NCBI RefSeq assembly: GCF_009914755.1
Contig: NC_060928.1
Length of the DNA: 64,000 nucleotides
Source: the human T2T-CHM13v2.0 reference genome, Homo sapiens
Strand: one strand, 5' to 3'
The position numbers were made by a program, and so were the translations under genes. The notes beneath the pieces were generated by a model. It was given only the letters and a program-made list of their open reading frames with translations, was not told the DNA's origin and made no database searches. Within the stretch, counting starts at the first letter, position 1; every line of letters begins with the position of its first letter. Below are positions 27,349 to 41,087 of this stretch, piece after piece.

Positions 27349-29359
27349 CATTAAACTCAGAAGTAAGCTAAAATTTTCTGCTGTTATTTCCACTCCTCAA
27401 TATTATACTAAAAGATATGTTAATAAGATTTTTAAAATTAAAGAAATATAACTATAAATATAGGGAACAAATAAAATATTATTTTTATTTGATAGTATGG
27501 TTTATCTAAAACTGGAAAACTCATAAGAGAGTTTTATATGGAATCTGGACACAAAATTAAATCATCAATATTAATTTTCTAAAATATAGAAAATTAATTA
27601 CACTCAGTGTAACAACAAAATTTCAAAGAAAAGCATAAACCTTTGAGTCTAGTGGACTTTATTGATGAATCTGGAGAGATTGAAAAAATAGAAGTAATGT
27701 GTTCTTTACTAGAATAATACCATAAAGATGTAATTATCTTTCAAATAAATATGCATACATGCAATGCAAGACTAATGCAAATCTCATGAAAATATTTCAT
27801 GTAACTTGACAAACTGATCCTAAATAATTTGGAAAAGGAAACATGTAAGAATAATTTACAATATTTTGAAACAGAAAGAAAAATTAAAGTGCCTTCCTAG
27901 ATACCAAAGCATATATAAAACTTTATCTTGACTGTAACAATCTGGAAAGTTACATCAGTGAAGTGTAGTGGATAGTGTGAAACGTACCTGTAGAAATTTG
28001 GAATTTTAGTTCGATCAAAAAAGAATGCACTATTCAATTAATTGTTTTAAGGCAACTGGCTATCCATTTGGAAAACATATTTATATTTCTACCTCACATC
28101 ACATACAAAAATATATGCTGGATGAAATAAAGAGCTGAATATATGCAATAAAACTATTAATGTACTGGAAGTAACTGTAAAGTTCTCTAAAATAATTTTT
28201 TTGCTGTTTAATACAAGTAAATAAAACTCAGAAACAATAAAAATAAAGCAAGAGAGATTTGTTTTATAAATATACAATTTCTATAAGATAAGTTACCACT
28301 GTAGTGTTAAGGAGAAGTAACGAACTAAGGAAATAACAAATATAATGTATTCTAACCCAACTGAGACATAAACAAAGCAGTCAGGCTGATGGAGATCAAA
28401 ATGTCACATGTTTTTGTGATAAAATCATTGGAAGACTTGGGATTAGGTGTGAGGGAGAAATGATTTTGTTATCACTGTTTGCAGAATTAAACTTACCATG
28501 TCGTAGGTAGAAATGAACAATTATAGACCCCCTTCCACTCCCCATGGAATGCTGTCCCCTCTAAAGCTAATGGCATAGAGGAGAAAAGCAAAATCCTTTT
28601 TTTTCTGGAGACAGGCAGGTACTAAATAAAAGGTGGCAAAAGGCTGAAAAGAAACACATCAATCTAATAATGAGGGTCCCTCTAGGGAAAAGAGCCTGGT
28701 ACTGGGAACAGTGAAGGCAAGCTTTCTTAGATTATTTATTTTTTTTTAATTTATAATAAATATGTATGCATTCTTGGTGAGTAACAATTTAGGTGGAGAG
28801 ACATAACAAGAGCCCTGGCTTTAAGTCTCAGATTTGCTAACAAGTGGAGTTATCTTCGAGAATGAACTCCATCAGTTTGGACCCTAATTCATTACTGGTT
28901 CAATAGCAGAAACAATTACACGGTAACCAGGTGACCCTTTTCAGCTCTGAAATTTGCAAACATCCTAGTAAAAAGATATGGGAATTTATGGCCAACGTTT
29001 CCTACAGGAAAGGGCTTGATATCTATCCACTTGACTCCAACAGCCCCAGCCACATGCCCACAGCATGTGTACCAAATGTTCATGGCTAGTGGCACTCAAG
29101 ATGAAGCTTTTGCTCATTAAATATGTAGGTTATTGCCACCTCTTTTTATGGCCTTCCATTGATTGATGAGTGAGAAGGAGAGTTGTCTATCCAGTGACCC
29201 AAGGGCTGCGTAAAGTGGTCCCTGGTCAGACAGGCTGACTGCTCTTCCTTTGCCCTCTGGGAGCCAGAGGCCTCTTCCAGATTATCTCATTTAAATTCCT
29301 ATGAGTCTCTGCATACCCCAATGAGATTGAAAGCTTCTATTTAGAAGGAATTGTGCCTG

Positions 29360-30200
29360 GAACAGTTGCTACGAGCTCAGGCTTTGAAGACCTGAGTTTT
29401 GACTTGGGCTTAACCACTTCTTGGCTGAAGGTGACCCTAGGGAAGTTATTTAAACATCTCCCAGTGATCAGTGTTTTCATTTGTGAAGGATTGTTTTAAG
29501 GATTACATAAGGTATGCTATGCAGGTTAAGTATTTGTCTCACAGTAGTCTTGCATTATTATTGTAAAAGTTAGAAAATAAAAAAATAACCATTCAAAATG
29601 AACATTTACTATTTGTTGGGTCCTTTTAAGAGCTGACTTTACAAGTTGTGAGATAGTATATTTGTGGCCAAGTATCAGATAAGCAACCTAATACTTGGAG
29701 ATGTCAAACGTCTTTGTTCTAACACTTGTGCTGTGACTTTCCAGCTGTGTAACCTTGAACAAGTTACTTGAACTCTCCATACGTTGGATTCCTAATACAT
29801 AAAATAGAGACTGAAATGTGTCATTTACAAGGCATTGTGCCTGCACCCAGTAAGTATTCAATAAATATTGTAAAATAAATTAAAGCTCCAAATGCAGTGC
29901 AAATGGTGAAGTTATATGAATGTTAAACCATCTCTTTCATATATTTGATCAATATCATCTTCTTGGTAAGTTCTACCCTGGCCATCCTATTTTAAATCAT
30001 ACCCCATCTCTACTTCTTCCTGATTTCCCTCCTGATCTTTCCAACATATGATAGAATTTTCATTTTACGTTTCTTGTTCATTTCTCCCTTTACCCCATTA
30101 TAATAAAAGCTCCAGCACTGCTGTCTCCCACCTACCTTACATATTATAGGTATTTGACAATATCTGTTGAATTGTTGAATAAATAAACCAATGAATGAAT
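29360..30200 (+). mobile_element. Cluster of two MIR remnants and an L2 3' end
   Basis: 'gtgaccctagggaagttatttaaac', 'gtgtaaccttgaacaagttacttgaactctc', 'tgttgaattgttgaataaataaaccaatgaatgaat'. Confidence 0.55.
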
Positions 30201-32137
30201 TACTGAAAGTCCCTCCACATTCATCTCCTCTTCTCCTCTCTCTTACGTCTTTGGAGTACAAAATAGGTTTTTCACCAAATGTGTGTGTCAACATGTCAAT
30301 ATGTAAAGTTAAATGTATTTAAACAAACATGTATCTCCTTAATTCTGTGGGCAGGGGGCATAGTGGGGAACCCTGCCAGTATATGACACCTCTGTCAATG
30401 CTACACAAGCACTGAACATAATATAGCAAAAACTCCTTTGTAACAGAAAAACATACTGTTTTCTCTATGGGAAGCCTAAGATAATGCTGGAAGATGAAAT
30501 TGCTTTGCCTGAGCAGTTTCATTAGGTGCTACAAGCATGGGGAATGGCTTGCTGCTGAGTTGCTAGCAATATAAACACAGGCAGAGTAAGCAGGGATGAG
30601 AATCAAAGATGCAAAGACCTAGCTGAAATGATCCCACTTGACCTATTTGGTGACATCAGAACTTCTGGAGCTCAAGAGAGAAGTGCTGAAGAAATTCCAG
30701 GAGATTGTGATAGGCTAAGAAACCCTATGTCCACCACAGTTTTCTTCTTTGGGTACAAAAGGTGACCACAGCCTTTAAGAAGGGGTTCAAATTAACTTTC
30801 TTAGAAATTTTCTCAAATTCCCCAGCAATTATCTACTATTCTTTTCCATTGTTGTAATACAGTAATTGCAATGTGTTTAACGAAAGGCACCATTAGTAAT
30901 TATTTTTAAAACAGTTTTACTGAGTCAATACCAATTGGTGTCACATCTAACATCTGCCCCTGTGTATCCTGGCACTATGAAGGACCAACTAGCAGGGAAA
31001 GTAATTACCTGAGAGTACAGCCACAGGGATCTTCAGAGAATGGCAGCACCCTCAGACTGCATCCTAATGAGTAGCCTTTTAATCTTCACCTCCATCTCTT
31101 ATCACTACTTCCGTAACACGAAGCATTTCCTAATTAGGATCATCATATCAGGTGACAAGATAGAATACAAATTATATTGAAAATCACAAAATAATACCAA
31201 ATAAGAAGTTTGGTATGCTCCAATAGTACAATGTATGCAAACTTTTCACCCTAAAAGAAAATGATCTTCTTGTCCAGGAGTTGGAATAATTGGGCTACAG
31301 AGACTGAAGTCCTATGCCTCTCAACTTCTTGCTCATATACTGCCCTGCCCTTCAATTCATATGTCCTCATAATACTCAACTGGAATCTCCCCTACCTATA
31401 GATACTGTAAATACTAAGTAAAGCAAAGGCTGCATCATTACATTAGTAGTTAAAAACAAAACTAGAGAGGATATGTTTATGTCTGCAATGCTTGTTGGCT
31501 CTGACTTGGTAACCGGTATCCAGAAAGAGGAAATTACAAAACAGTTTAAGGTTCATCTTTTGTCCATGATCTAAATCTGTAGGTAATAAGGGAGGATTTT
31601 GTTTGTTTGTTTGTTTATTAAGGGTCATTTGATTTCCTTGGATATAGATTTTATTTGAAGGTTTGTTATTTTAGAAATGTTATGTATTTCTGTTTAAGTA
31701 TCCTACTAGAAAGATTAGAACAAAAAAATAAAAATGCATTGATCTGGAATCTTGGATTTTTACCCCCTCACAAGCAGTAATATTTAATGATCTGTTAAAA
31801 TGGGGTTTTCTGAAGGGATTTTTATTATGCACAAACAGCAGGGATCCCTTTAGAATGGCTTCTCTTGCAATGTGGAATAGAGAAGCTCTGTGATGGGTTG
31901 GAGCACTTAATAAGAGAATATGAGATTCAGAACTTCTGTTCAAAGGCGAGATACCCCTAGGACATATCAAGTTCAAATATGATTTTCATCTCTTTTATTT
32001 CACCCTATTGAACTAGTAAACATTTTACTTTATAGAGTTTAGAAAAAGGTCTCCTTTCTTCTTCTATTACCACATACATAATTTGTTCTCTTTCTCTGTT
32101 TCTCTCACCATGTATAGAGATGAAGGTAGATATAGCT

Positions 32138-32236
32138 ACACACATACACACACACACACACTCTCACACACACACACACCCCACACACACCCCCACCCAC
32201 ATACACACAGATGACTGATTGATTGATTGATTGACT
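32138..32236. repeat. Imperfect (CA)n followed by (GATT)n
   Basis: Seen directly. Confidence 0.9.
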
Positions 32237-33769
32237 GATGTAATAATAATGAACATAGATATAGATATAGACATACCAGCATTCATTGAGCTTGTTCTAC
32301 TTGCTAGATGCTATTCTGGATTCCTTATATACATTTCTATTTTGTCCATGATTACTCAGTTCATTGTGTGTTAACATTGGATGTGAACATTTTCAGGAAT
32401 GGTAGGGCTTGAACTGACAAGAACAAGTAAGTGAGAAAAATACAATAAAATTTAAGATTGTGAATGAAAAGCAAAAAACAAAAAATACATATATGGGAAG
32501 AGCTGCATTAAGGAACCTGCACAGATTGAAGTAGTAAAAATGTAAAATTAGCTAACCATAAAAAAAGCTACACTATGGAGACTGATGGAGATTATAGAAT
32601 TCTGACTAAATAACTTTTTGAGTTGAAAGCGGCTGTTGAGTCTTTGAGAGGAAGAAATGCTACTTAAAAAGTGGAGCTCTAAGAGAGACCAGAAGGCAAA
32701 TTAACCTCTCTGAATTCAGTTTGAGATCTTCCTGTTTGAATGCCCAACATATATTACCCTGGGCATTATGTAAATATTCAACAGTTAACCATATCATACC
32801 TTCTCAACATAATTTTTTTCCCTGAAAGTGTATTCTCTTTCTCTGTGAAATGTTTGAGTGTCTTCAGTAAATATGAATCCTTTAAAATTTTTGGAAGTCA
32901 GATTATTACAGTAATCAGCTTTCCCAATTATCTAATTCTATCTTGTATTTCTGTGGCAATAAAATCATATGCTAAGGCATTTTATCTTATACATGTATTG
33001 TCTATCAGTCATAGTATTTTTGAAAGCAAGAAGATAATCTGGACAATGCTTTTATAAAATAACCAAGGAAGAAGTCTAATCCAATGAGGTTATATAACAA
33101 TTAGGAAATTATAAAACAGTTTGTTATAAAAGGAAGTGGTTGTTTTACTGTTATTTCATTCTTTTTGTCTGCCTCAAAATACACCTATCCACCATGCAGT
33201 CATATAATCACATAGGAAACATTTTTTTACTAAAAACTCCCATAAGATTTCAGTTAAATCTGATAAATGAATGCTGGAAGAAAGAGCTTCCTGAGTGGGA
33301 AAATAAGAAGGGGATAAAATCAATTTCCTGTAGTAATATACAGATGAGACACAACCTCATTTATGATAGGAAGACAGGAGGGAAGGGCACCACTTTCCTC
33401 TTTTAAAGTATGCCTGGAAGCTAGGGCCTGGAGCCAGACACTAAGCAGTTCTATTACTGGGAGAGTTTCTGCTTCAAGCTATAAGAGAGAAAGATTTAGG
33501 AAAGCTTGCTCTCTGAAGGTGGGCAGAGCATCAATGTCATCATCAATAGCAGTAACAGCAGGACTAGGCATGCAGGCAAGTTAAGACTGCAGCAGAGAGG
33601 AAGTTCACCAGTCCTCTAGAGGCAGCAATGTGTTTTTCATGACTTTGCCTGATACTTGTAACCAGTGTTATATTTGACAAGGAGCTTTCCCTTTCACCAG
33701 TTCTGTTTATCCTTAAAATATCCTTATGACACCATTAGAATGAAGGAAATATTAGGCTCATTTTATTTA

Positions 33770-34420
33770 TTTTTTAAAATTTTGTTACATATAAATTCAT
33801 ATATACAAAGTATATGTAACATGTTATATAATGAAGCATGATATCACAAACAATGGTTATCACACCAACAAGTGTAAGAACTAAACTTTATCAGTAACCT
33901 TGAAGAAACCAGTGGCTTCTCTCTAATGTCATACATCTACATATTTCATAAAGACAGCTGTTATCCTGAGTTTTTAAATTAACTTTCCCTTGTTTGTAAA
34001 TTATTTTAGTATACATAAACATGAACACATATATAATATCTGGTCTGGGTTTTTTTGTATTTTAGTTTAATAAAAATGCTGTTACAACTCATTAGTCTTT
34101 CTCAATTCAACATTATATTTCTAAGGGTCACCCATATTGTTGTGAGTTGCTATAGTTCACTCATTTTCACAGCTGTATATATGTCACTGTGTGAAAATAC
34201 CTTATCTATCCTCTCATCAATGGTTATTGAGACAGCTTCCAGTTTTTTGTTATTATAAACAGTGCTTTTGTGAACTTTCTAACTAATGCTTCCTGGTCGA
34301 CATATACAAGAATTCTGTAGAGTATATCATGAGTAGAAACAATACAACTTTATAAGATAAAGCCATTTTTTTTTAGATTGTCTTTGTTAATTAATTTTTT
34401 GTCTGCTGCAACTTACATAT
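33770..34420 (-). mobile_element. L1ME-like 3' remnant
   Basis: 'tcaattcaacattatatttctaagggtcacccatattgttgtgagttgctatagttcactcattttcacagctgtat', 'tccagttttttgttattataaacagtgct'. Confidence 0.6.
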
Positions 34421-34639
34421 AATTAAAAGAGGAAATTAAAAATATCCCCAATGTTAGTAATCTGTAAAATTCTGTATGTGTATTTGTATATTTTGTATGA
34501 TTTGTTATAGTTATTTTATTATTTTCATTATATTTCATTATTTTATAGTTTTATAGTATTTTTACCTTTCTGGAAAATTCAAATTTTTATAATTTTACAG
34601 TTTTCCTCTTTTTTACCTAATATATTGATACATTAAAAA

Positions 34640-35290
34640 TTTATCATTCCATTTAAGTGATGTTTTTGAAACAACAACATTATACACAGAGAATAGATTT
34701 GGAATTGCCATGGGATAGAGACTAGGGTTGGTATGTGGCTATCAAAAGATAGCACAAGGGGATATTTGTGGTAATAGAACAGTTCTTGTATCCTGAAAGT
34801 GGCGAGGGTTACATAAATCTACACATGCGATAAAATCACACAGAAATAAATGCACATAAAACCAGTGGAATCTGAACAAGGTCAGTGGATTGTACCAATG
34901 CTAATTTCCCAGTTGTGATACTCTACTCTAATTATTCAAGACTTTACCATTGGAAGAAATGCAGGGAGGGTACATAGGACCTCTCTGTATCATTTCTTGC
35001 AACTGCATATGAATCTACAACTACAGTCACCCCTTAGTATATGTGGGAAATTAGTTCCAAGACCCCTGCATATACCAAAATCTATACATATTTGAGTTCC
35101 ATAGTTTGTCCTATGGAACTCACATAAACCAAAAGTTGGTCCACTGTATATGTGCATTTTGGATCCCAAGAATTCTAGATTTTCAATCAACATTTGGTTG
35201 GAAAAATCCGCTATGTGGACCAGCAGAATTCAAACCCATCTCGTTCAAGGGTCAACTGTATTTCAAAATAAAAACTTTAAATTAAAAAAA
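34640..35290 (+). mobile_element. L1MD/MC-type 3' end, interrupted by MER8
   Basis: 'ggtcagtggattgtaccaatgctaatttcccagttgtgata', 'gggtacataggacctctctgtatcatttcttgcaactgcatatgaatctacaa'; resumes 'tttcaaaataaaaa'. Confidence 0.75.
35024..35258 (-). mobile_element. MER8 (TcMar-Tigger non-autonomous element)
   Basis: Terminal inverted repeats CAGTCACCCCTT / AAGGGTCAACTG, TA on both sides, ~235 bp. Confidence 0.85.
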
Positions 35291-35567
35291 AATTCCAGTG
35301 CTTTCTTTTTATTAGACTATACCTGGTACTTCTTTTTCCATTCTTTTACACTCAAAATTTATGTTTCCTTATGTTTTAGATATGTCTCTAGTAAACATTG
35401 TTTAGTTGGAATTTCATGTTTTAATCTCATCTAAAAGTCTATAAATTGTAGCTGGCAATTTCAGTCCATTTATATTTATTGTGATTACTGACAATAACTG
35501 GTTTACCAACATCTCATCTTTTCATTTTTACTTTGTTTCACTTTTCCTTTGCATTCACTCTTCTTTT

Positions 35568-35883
35568 GTCTTTGTTTTTTTGTTTGTTTGTTTGTTTGTT
35601 TTTGAGATGGAGTCTCGTTCTGTCGCCCAGGCTGGAGTGCAGTGGCGCGATCTCGGCTCTCTGCAAGCTCCGCTTCCCCTGTTCACGCCATCCTCCTGCC
35701 TCAGCCACCCGAGTAGCTGGGTCTACAGGCGCCCGCCACCATGCCCGCTAATTTTTTGTATTTTTTAGTAGAGACGGGTTTCACCATCTTAGCCAGGATG
35801 GTCTTGATCTCCTGACCTCGTGATCCGCCTGCCTCGGCCTCCCAGAGTGCTGGGAATACAGGCATGAGCCACCGTGCCCAGCC
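35568..35883 (-). mobile_element. AluY with (TTTG)n tail
   Basis: AluY diagnostics 'ctgcaagctccgc', 'ttcacgccat', 'ttagccaggatggtct'; TSD ttctttt. Confidence 0.93.
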
Positions 35884-36413
35884 TTCTTTTTTTTATTGAC
35901 CAAAATTTTTAATTATATTTTATTTTTGTTTCATATTTTTCTTCAACCAATTTAGGATTACAAAGTTTGTTTTTATTCTTTTAGTCGGTATGTAAATTTA
36001 CTATGAACATGTAATATATTTAGATATTAGGAAAGGTTATGCCACATGTAATAAGTGGCAGGGGTGGCAGTAGAACTCATAACTTCTAATTCCAATTCCA
36101 GTGTTTCTTCTGTTTGTTAAAATATTACAATTGACTTACATAAATGAAGTTCATTATTATCTGTTCCTATGAACTAAACATGTAGCATAATATGAATTTT
36201 CCAATTAATCATCTTTAATGTATGTTCATTTGTATAGTTCAGTTATTGTTAATGTTTATCAGTTTTATCTCCATATCTAGAATGAAAAATCCCTGTGGTA
36301 TAAGGGCAACATACCTACTCTCATACCTTTACTCTTTTATCCCTCGAATATCTAAGCAAATTTTTTGCACCAACACTTGTTGACAGACTGTTTATAAATC
36401 AATATGAGCCATA

Positions 36414-36963
36414 TATTTGGGCTCAGGACATACAACCCAAAATATGACTAGAGAAGATGTGAATATGCCTCCTTAAAGTGTGGCATACTGATTATTTTGA
36501 GCTGGTTATGTTGAGAAACCACAGGCACAGGAGTAGCTCTGAAAAACTCCCCTTTTATAAAGAAATTTACATCTATAAAGAAAATTTTCATTAGTAGAGG
36601 TACCTATACCAGAAAGAGAACAAGTCTCAGCCAACTTTTATCAGCTGAGGGTCTTTTATATGCCTAACAATGCAACCTTTATTCACCATACATTTCTTCC
36701 CTTCACCTTCCCATAATTTAGTGCCACCCACTTATTCATTTCTGTAAGCCCTAAGCACCTATTATTTTCTAAAAAGCTCAGGATCCTACATAAGCTTCAA
36801 TCATCTGGCCCTTCTTTGAATCTCTTATTTTGTAGGACTCCTGTGTGTATGGATGCAATGAAAATTGTTTTTTCCAGTTAATCTGTTTTATGTCAATTTA
36901 GTTTGTAGCCCAGCCAAAGGAGCTAGGAGGATAGAGGGGGAAAATATTTGTTTCTCCCCTACA
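36414..36963 (+). mobile_element. MER34A-like ERV1 solo LTR
   Basis: 'gctcaggacatacaacccaaaatatgact', 'gattattttgagctgg', ends 'tttctcccctaca'; TSD cata/catg. Confidence 0.75.
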
Positions 36964-37227
36964 CATGTAAACTCTTTAGCTCCTGCTTTCTTTACTCTGT
37001 CTCTCGTTTCCGTCTACTTTAGGCAGTGTCTCAAGTATACAAAAATATAAACTCCTCCATATCAAAGGTCTTCTCAGTTCTGCTTAAAGAGGAAACCACA
37101 TATATCAATAACCTGTACATACAGTAATAAGAACAATGATACACAGCTTTGTATTTTACCAGTATAAGATTAAATCTATAGCAAACTATTAAATAATACA
37201 ATAAAACATCGTAACCCAGAGATAAAA

Positions 37228-37952
37228 TGAAACCGCCTTTGCAAAAATTATAACTGAGAAGATTATGATGGTGAAAGAGATCTGACCTAACTGACCCCAT
37301 GTTGGTTCCAACCTCCAAGCTGTCCTTGTTCATTGCTGTGCATAGGCTGAACTAACTTTGGGAGAAAGTTTATAGTTTAACTTTGAAACAAAGTCGGTAA
37401 CAGTCCTTTCCCAAAACAAACTGCCTTCCTGCCTGAAGACAAGACTGCCTTTTCAGAACTAACCAATTAGCCACAAGATTAAAAGTAATAGTTTAGGAGT
37501 CATGCATCTGGAGGCTGCAAGATTCTGAACCTCCCCAAATTGCTCCTGGGGAAAACATCACCATTGTAAAACCTAAGATCAGTACTTGAGATATTTTGCA
37601 GACTCTATATTTGACAAATCAGCTGGCATCATTCAGATTAATAAAATGGATCATCTAGTCTTGTGGCCCCCACCCAGGAAATGACTCAACTCAAGAGGGC
37701 AGCTTTGACTCCCTATGATTTCCAATCAATCAACACTCCCCACTTTCTGACTCCTTACCCACCAAATTATCTTTTAAAACCTCCATCCCTGAGTTTTCAG
37801 GGAGACTGATTTGAGCAATAATAAAACTCTGGCCTGGTCTCCTGTACAGCTAGCTCTGTGTGAATTAAAGTCTCTCTCTGTTGCACTTTTCCTGTCTTGA
37901 TAAATTCGCTCTGTCTAGGCAGCAGGCAAGGAGAACCTGTTGGGCAGTTACA
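37228..37952 (+). mobile_element. LTR8A/8B (ERV1, HUERS-P1) solo LTR
   Basis: TGAAACCGCCTTTGCAAAAATTATAACTGAG...GGGCAGTTACA; 4-bp TSD AAAA. Confidence 0.88.
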
Positions 37953-40122
37953 AAAATATGGTTCATTTTAAAGGATTTTTTCTATTTAAAAATATAGATG
38001 AATCATAATTCAATTCTAAATAAAATTTATATAAAATGACAGAATTATTGACTATTTAAGAAATAGAGAATAGGATCTTAGTTGACCTCAGGATTGTGAC
38101 TGCTAATAACATTCTTTTAAATCATTTATAACTTTTATAGGGAAACTTATCAGTTGTAATTGAAAACTAAAGGCATTTAAATTTCACATTTCTATACTGT
38201 AATTGTGATATTTAATTAGGAGGTCAATAAGTCAAATCTTTAATTCAGAATTCTTCAGAGACTTAACAGATAAAACTGCATGGAATTGATCATGACTTTT
38301 AGCCAAGGTCTGCATTGAGAACTAGTTATTTTCCCAATTTGTAACAAATCATTAACCTAACACAGAGATTTAATGAATCCAAAACTACATAATACAAAAA
38401 TGCCTTCTGGAAACTAGGGGACCAATGTTAACCTGTCTAGTTCTCCTGAAAGAAAGAGCTCAAACATGTGAAAAGAGCAGGGTCTGCCTTAACTGATACA
38501 TCTTTCTTAGATTATAAGCCCAGAAACAGGTACCCTGTGTGATGTCACATGTAATAAGAAGCTTTAAAAAGTACCTAAAGGCTAAAAATATGGTGAGGTA
38601 CAGAAGGAGGCAACTGCTAATATTCACTGAAACCAAAAGGCACTTTAAAATTTTATTAAATATATAATATATGGAGAGACTGAATGAAAGAAAGTAGCAT
38701 AGTAGCAGGAAATTAGTATTTGTGAAAATTATCTCCGCTATTAAATTTTTCTGAGTGACAATTCTAAACGAGAGTTTATAACAATATTGGGAGTTCACTA
38801 TGCTATAGAAACAATCAGTATAAACATCTTAGAATTTCAAAATTTAGTTTTCTAATTCCCATTCGCTGAAGTGCCATCTAAATTCATAGATATGGGTGGG
38901 TATGTTCAAATGTTGGTTTTCCACCTTTTACCACTTTATACAGTAAGTAGATATATTAAATCGTATTGTGATATTATTTCTAGGTTTTGCTGGGATTAAA
39001 AGATAAATAACAGTAACAATCATAAGGGCAAATAAGATCCTATTTTCTAACCCCAAAAAGTACAATATACTGACACAATAAAGTAGAAGGCACTATTAAT
39101 CCAATACCCTAACCTGATAAGATAGAAGGCACTGTTATCATAATTAATGAAGATATCTCAATATTTCTGAATGAATAGGAAGTAGGATATAGGGTAGTGT
39201 CTGGGGCTGTGGGAAGATGAAAACCATACACACAGTTCAATTGTGATTTTTCACTTCAGGATGAGACAAGTTAAAAAAAATGTTTTCTGTTATTGCAAAA
39301 CAAAACCTGTGTGTCACAAGATCAGGCCTCAGAATATCAAAAGAAAAAAAAATTCATGAACAGGACTTAAACAGTTCATATACATTGAAGTCATCACTGA
39401 CTTCTATCACAGTAGCAACTTCAGTCTGTTCTGGCTGTTTTGTTTGTTGTAAAATTTTGTATATGTATGCATTCATGAGTGCGCATGAGACAGACGGCAT
39501 ATTAAGCATGCACAAGTGACTCTATACACTTCAAAAGTTAATTTTTTTTTTGTCAAAGGAGATGCATCTTTCTTGGTCTAAAGATAAAGTGACCTTCCCA
39601 CTAATCTAGAAATAATTGCTAAATGCAAACATGCACCTATGTGTCTCTTTCTCATACCAGGTAGCAATGAACAATTTTTTTAAAAACCTAACCTTTAGGT
39701 TTTTAACTCTATGAATGATAGAGGATTCAAGAAAAGTCAAGCTGGAATCAAGGGTCATCCTACTATGCAGAGTAAAGTGAGTAGTTCTCACCAGGGCTTT
39801 CATTTGTTGAGAGCCCACTATGTGATAGCCTTATGGACTACAGTAAAAATTAGAAATTCCAGTTGGCAAATTCTCTTCACACACCCCCAAAATCATTTTA
39901 AAAAGAATATCTAAGACGCTTGGGATAAAAATAAAGGAATCTCTTGTATTAACAGGCCATAGAAATAAGTTTTCTTGACCCAAAATTAAGGGTGGAACTG
40001 GGGAAGTGTGGAGACTGTCAAAGTGGTCTGTAGGAAGATTTTATTGGCTAAAAGAGAAAGAAAGAAACATTAGCACTCCACACAGAAGTCTCCAAAAGGT
40101 AAGAAAATAGAATGAATAAGAC

Positions 40123-40708
40123 TGTGATGGTTAAAAATATTAGGTGTCAACTTGATTAGATTGAAGGACGCCTAGATAGCTGGTGAAGTATTGTTTCCGG
40201 GTGTGTCTGTGAGGGTGCTGCCAGAGAAGATTAACATTTGAGTCAGTGGACTGCGGAAGGAAGACCCACCCTCAGTGTGAGTGGGCACCAACCAACTGGT
40301 TGCCAGTGCGGCTAGAACAAAACAGGCAGAAGAAGGTGGGATAAGCTAGCTTGCTGAGTCTTCTGGCTTTCCTCTTTCTCCTGTGCTGGATGCTTCCATC
40401 CATTCTTCCTGCCCTTGGACATGGGACTCCAGGTTCTTTGGCTTTTAGACTCCTGGACTTATACCAGTGGTTTGCCAGGGGCTCTCAGGCCTTTGGCCAC
40501 AGACTGAAATCTGCACAGTCAGCTTCCCTACTTTTGAGGCTTTTGGACTCATTATGAGACACTACTGGCTTCTTTCTCCCTCAGCTTTCAGATGGCTTAC
40601 CATGGGACTTCACCTTGTGATCACATAAGCCAATTCTCCTTAATAAACTACTTTTCACATACATGTATATCCTATTAGTTCTGTCCCTCTGCAGGACCCT
40701 GACTAACA
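40123..40708 (+). mobile_element. MLT2A2/MLT2B-type (HERV-L) solo LTR
   Basis: TGTGATGGTTAA...CCCTGACTAACA; perfect TSD AAGAC (40118-40122 and 40709-40713). Confidence 0.9.
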
Positions 40709-40778
40709 AAGACCTACTATTTGATAGCACAACAGGGTGACTATAGTCAATAGTAACACTGTACATTTTAAAATGTCC

Positions 40779-41087
40779 TTTTTTTTTTTTTTTTTTTTTT
40801 TTTTTGAGATGGCGTCTTGCTCTGTCACCCAGGCTGGAGTACGGTGGCGCAATCTCGGCTCACTGAAACCTCCACCTCCTGAGTTCAAGCAATTCTCCTG
40901 CCTCAGCTTCCTGAGTAGCTGGGATTATAAGCATGCACCACCACACCCGGCTAATTTTTGTATTTTTAGTAGAGACAGGGTTTCGCCACATTGGCCAGGC
41001 TGGTCTCGAACTCCTGACCTCAGGTGATCTGTCCGCTTTGGCCTCCCAAAGTGGTGGGAGTACAGGCATGAGCCACTGTGCCCAGTC
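40779..41087 (-). mobile_element. AluSx/Sz
   Basis: Full dimer with a long T tract; TSD taaaatgtc/taaaatatc. Confidence 0.93.

Larger units (their letters stand above)
25740..28330 (+). mobile_element. Ancient L1M (L1ME-like) ORF2 remnant, interrupted by an Alu and LTR2
   Basis: A-rich degenerate L1 motifs ('ataccaaaatctgtaggg', 'aaatgagctaagcattcaact', 'aacttgacaaactgatcctaaa', 'caactggctatccatttggaaaa'). Confidence 0.65.

Noticed and set aside
15291-40708. Same-orientation MLT2 pair (and the THE1 pair at 256 and 59402) as possible provirus ends
   Set aside because: Different subfamilies, each with its own TSD, and no internal ERV sequence between them; they are independent solo LTRs.
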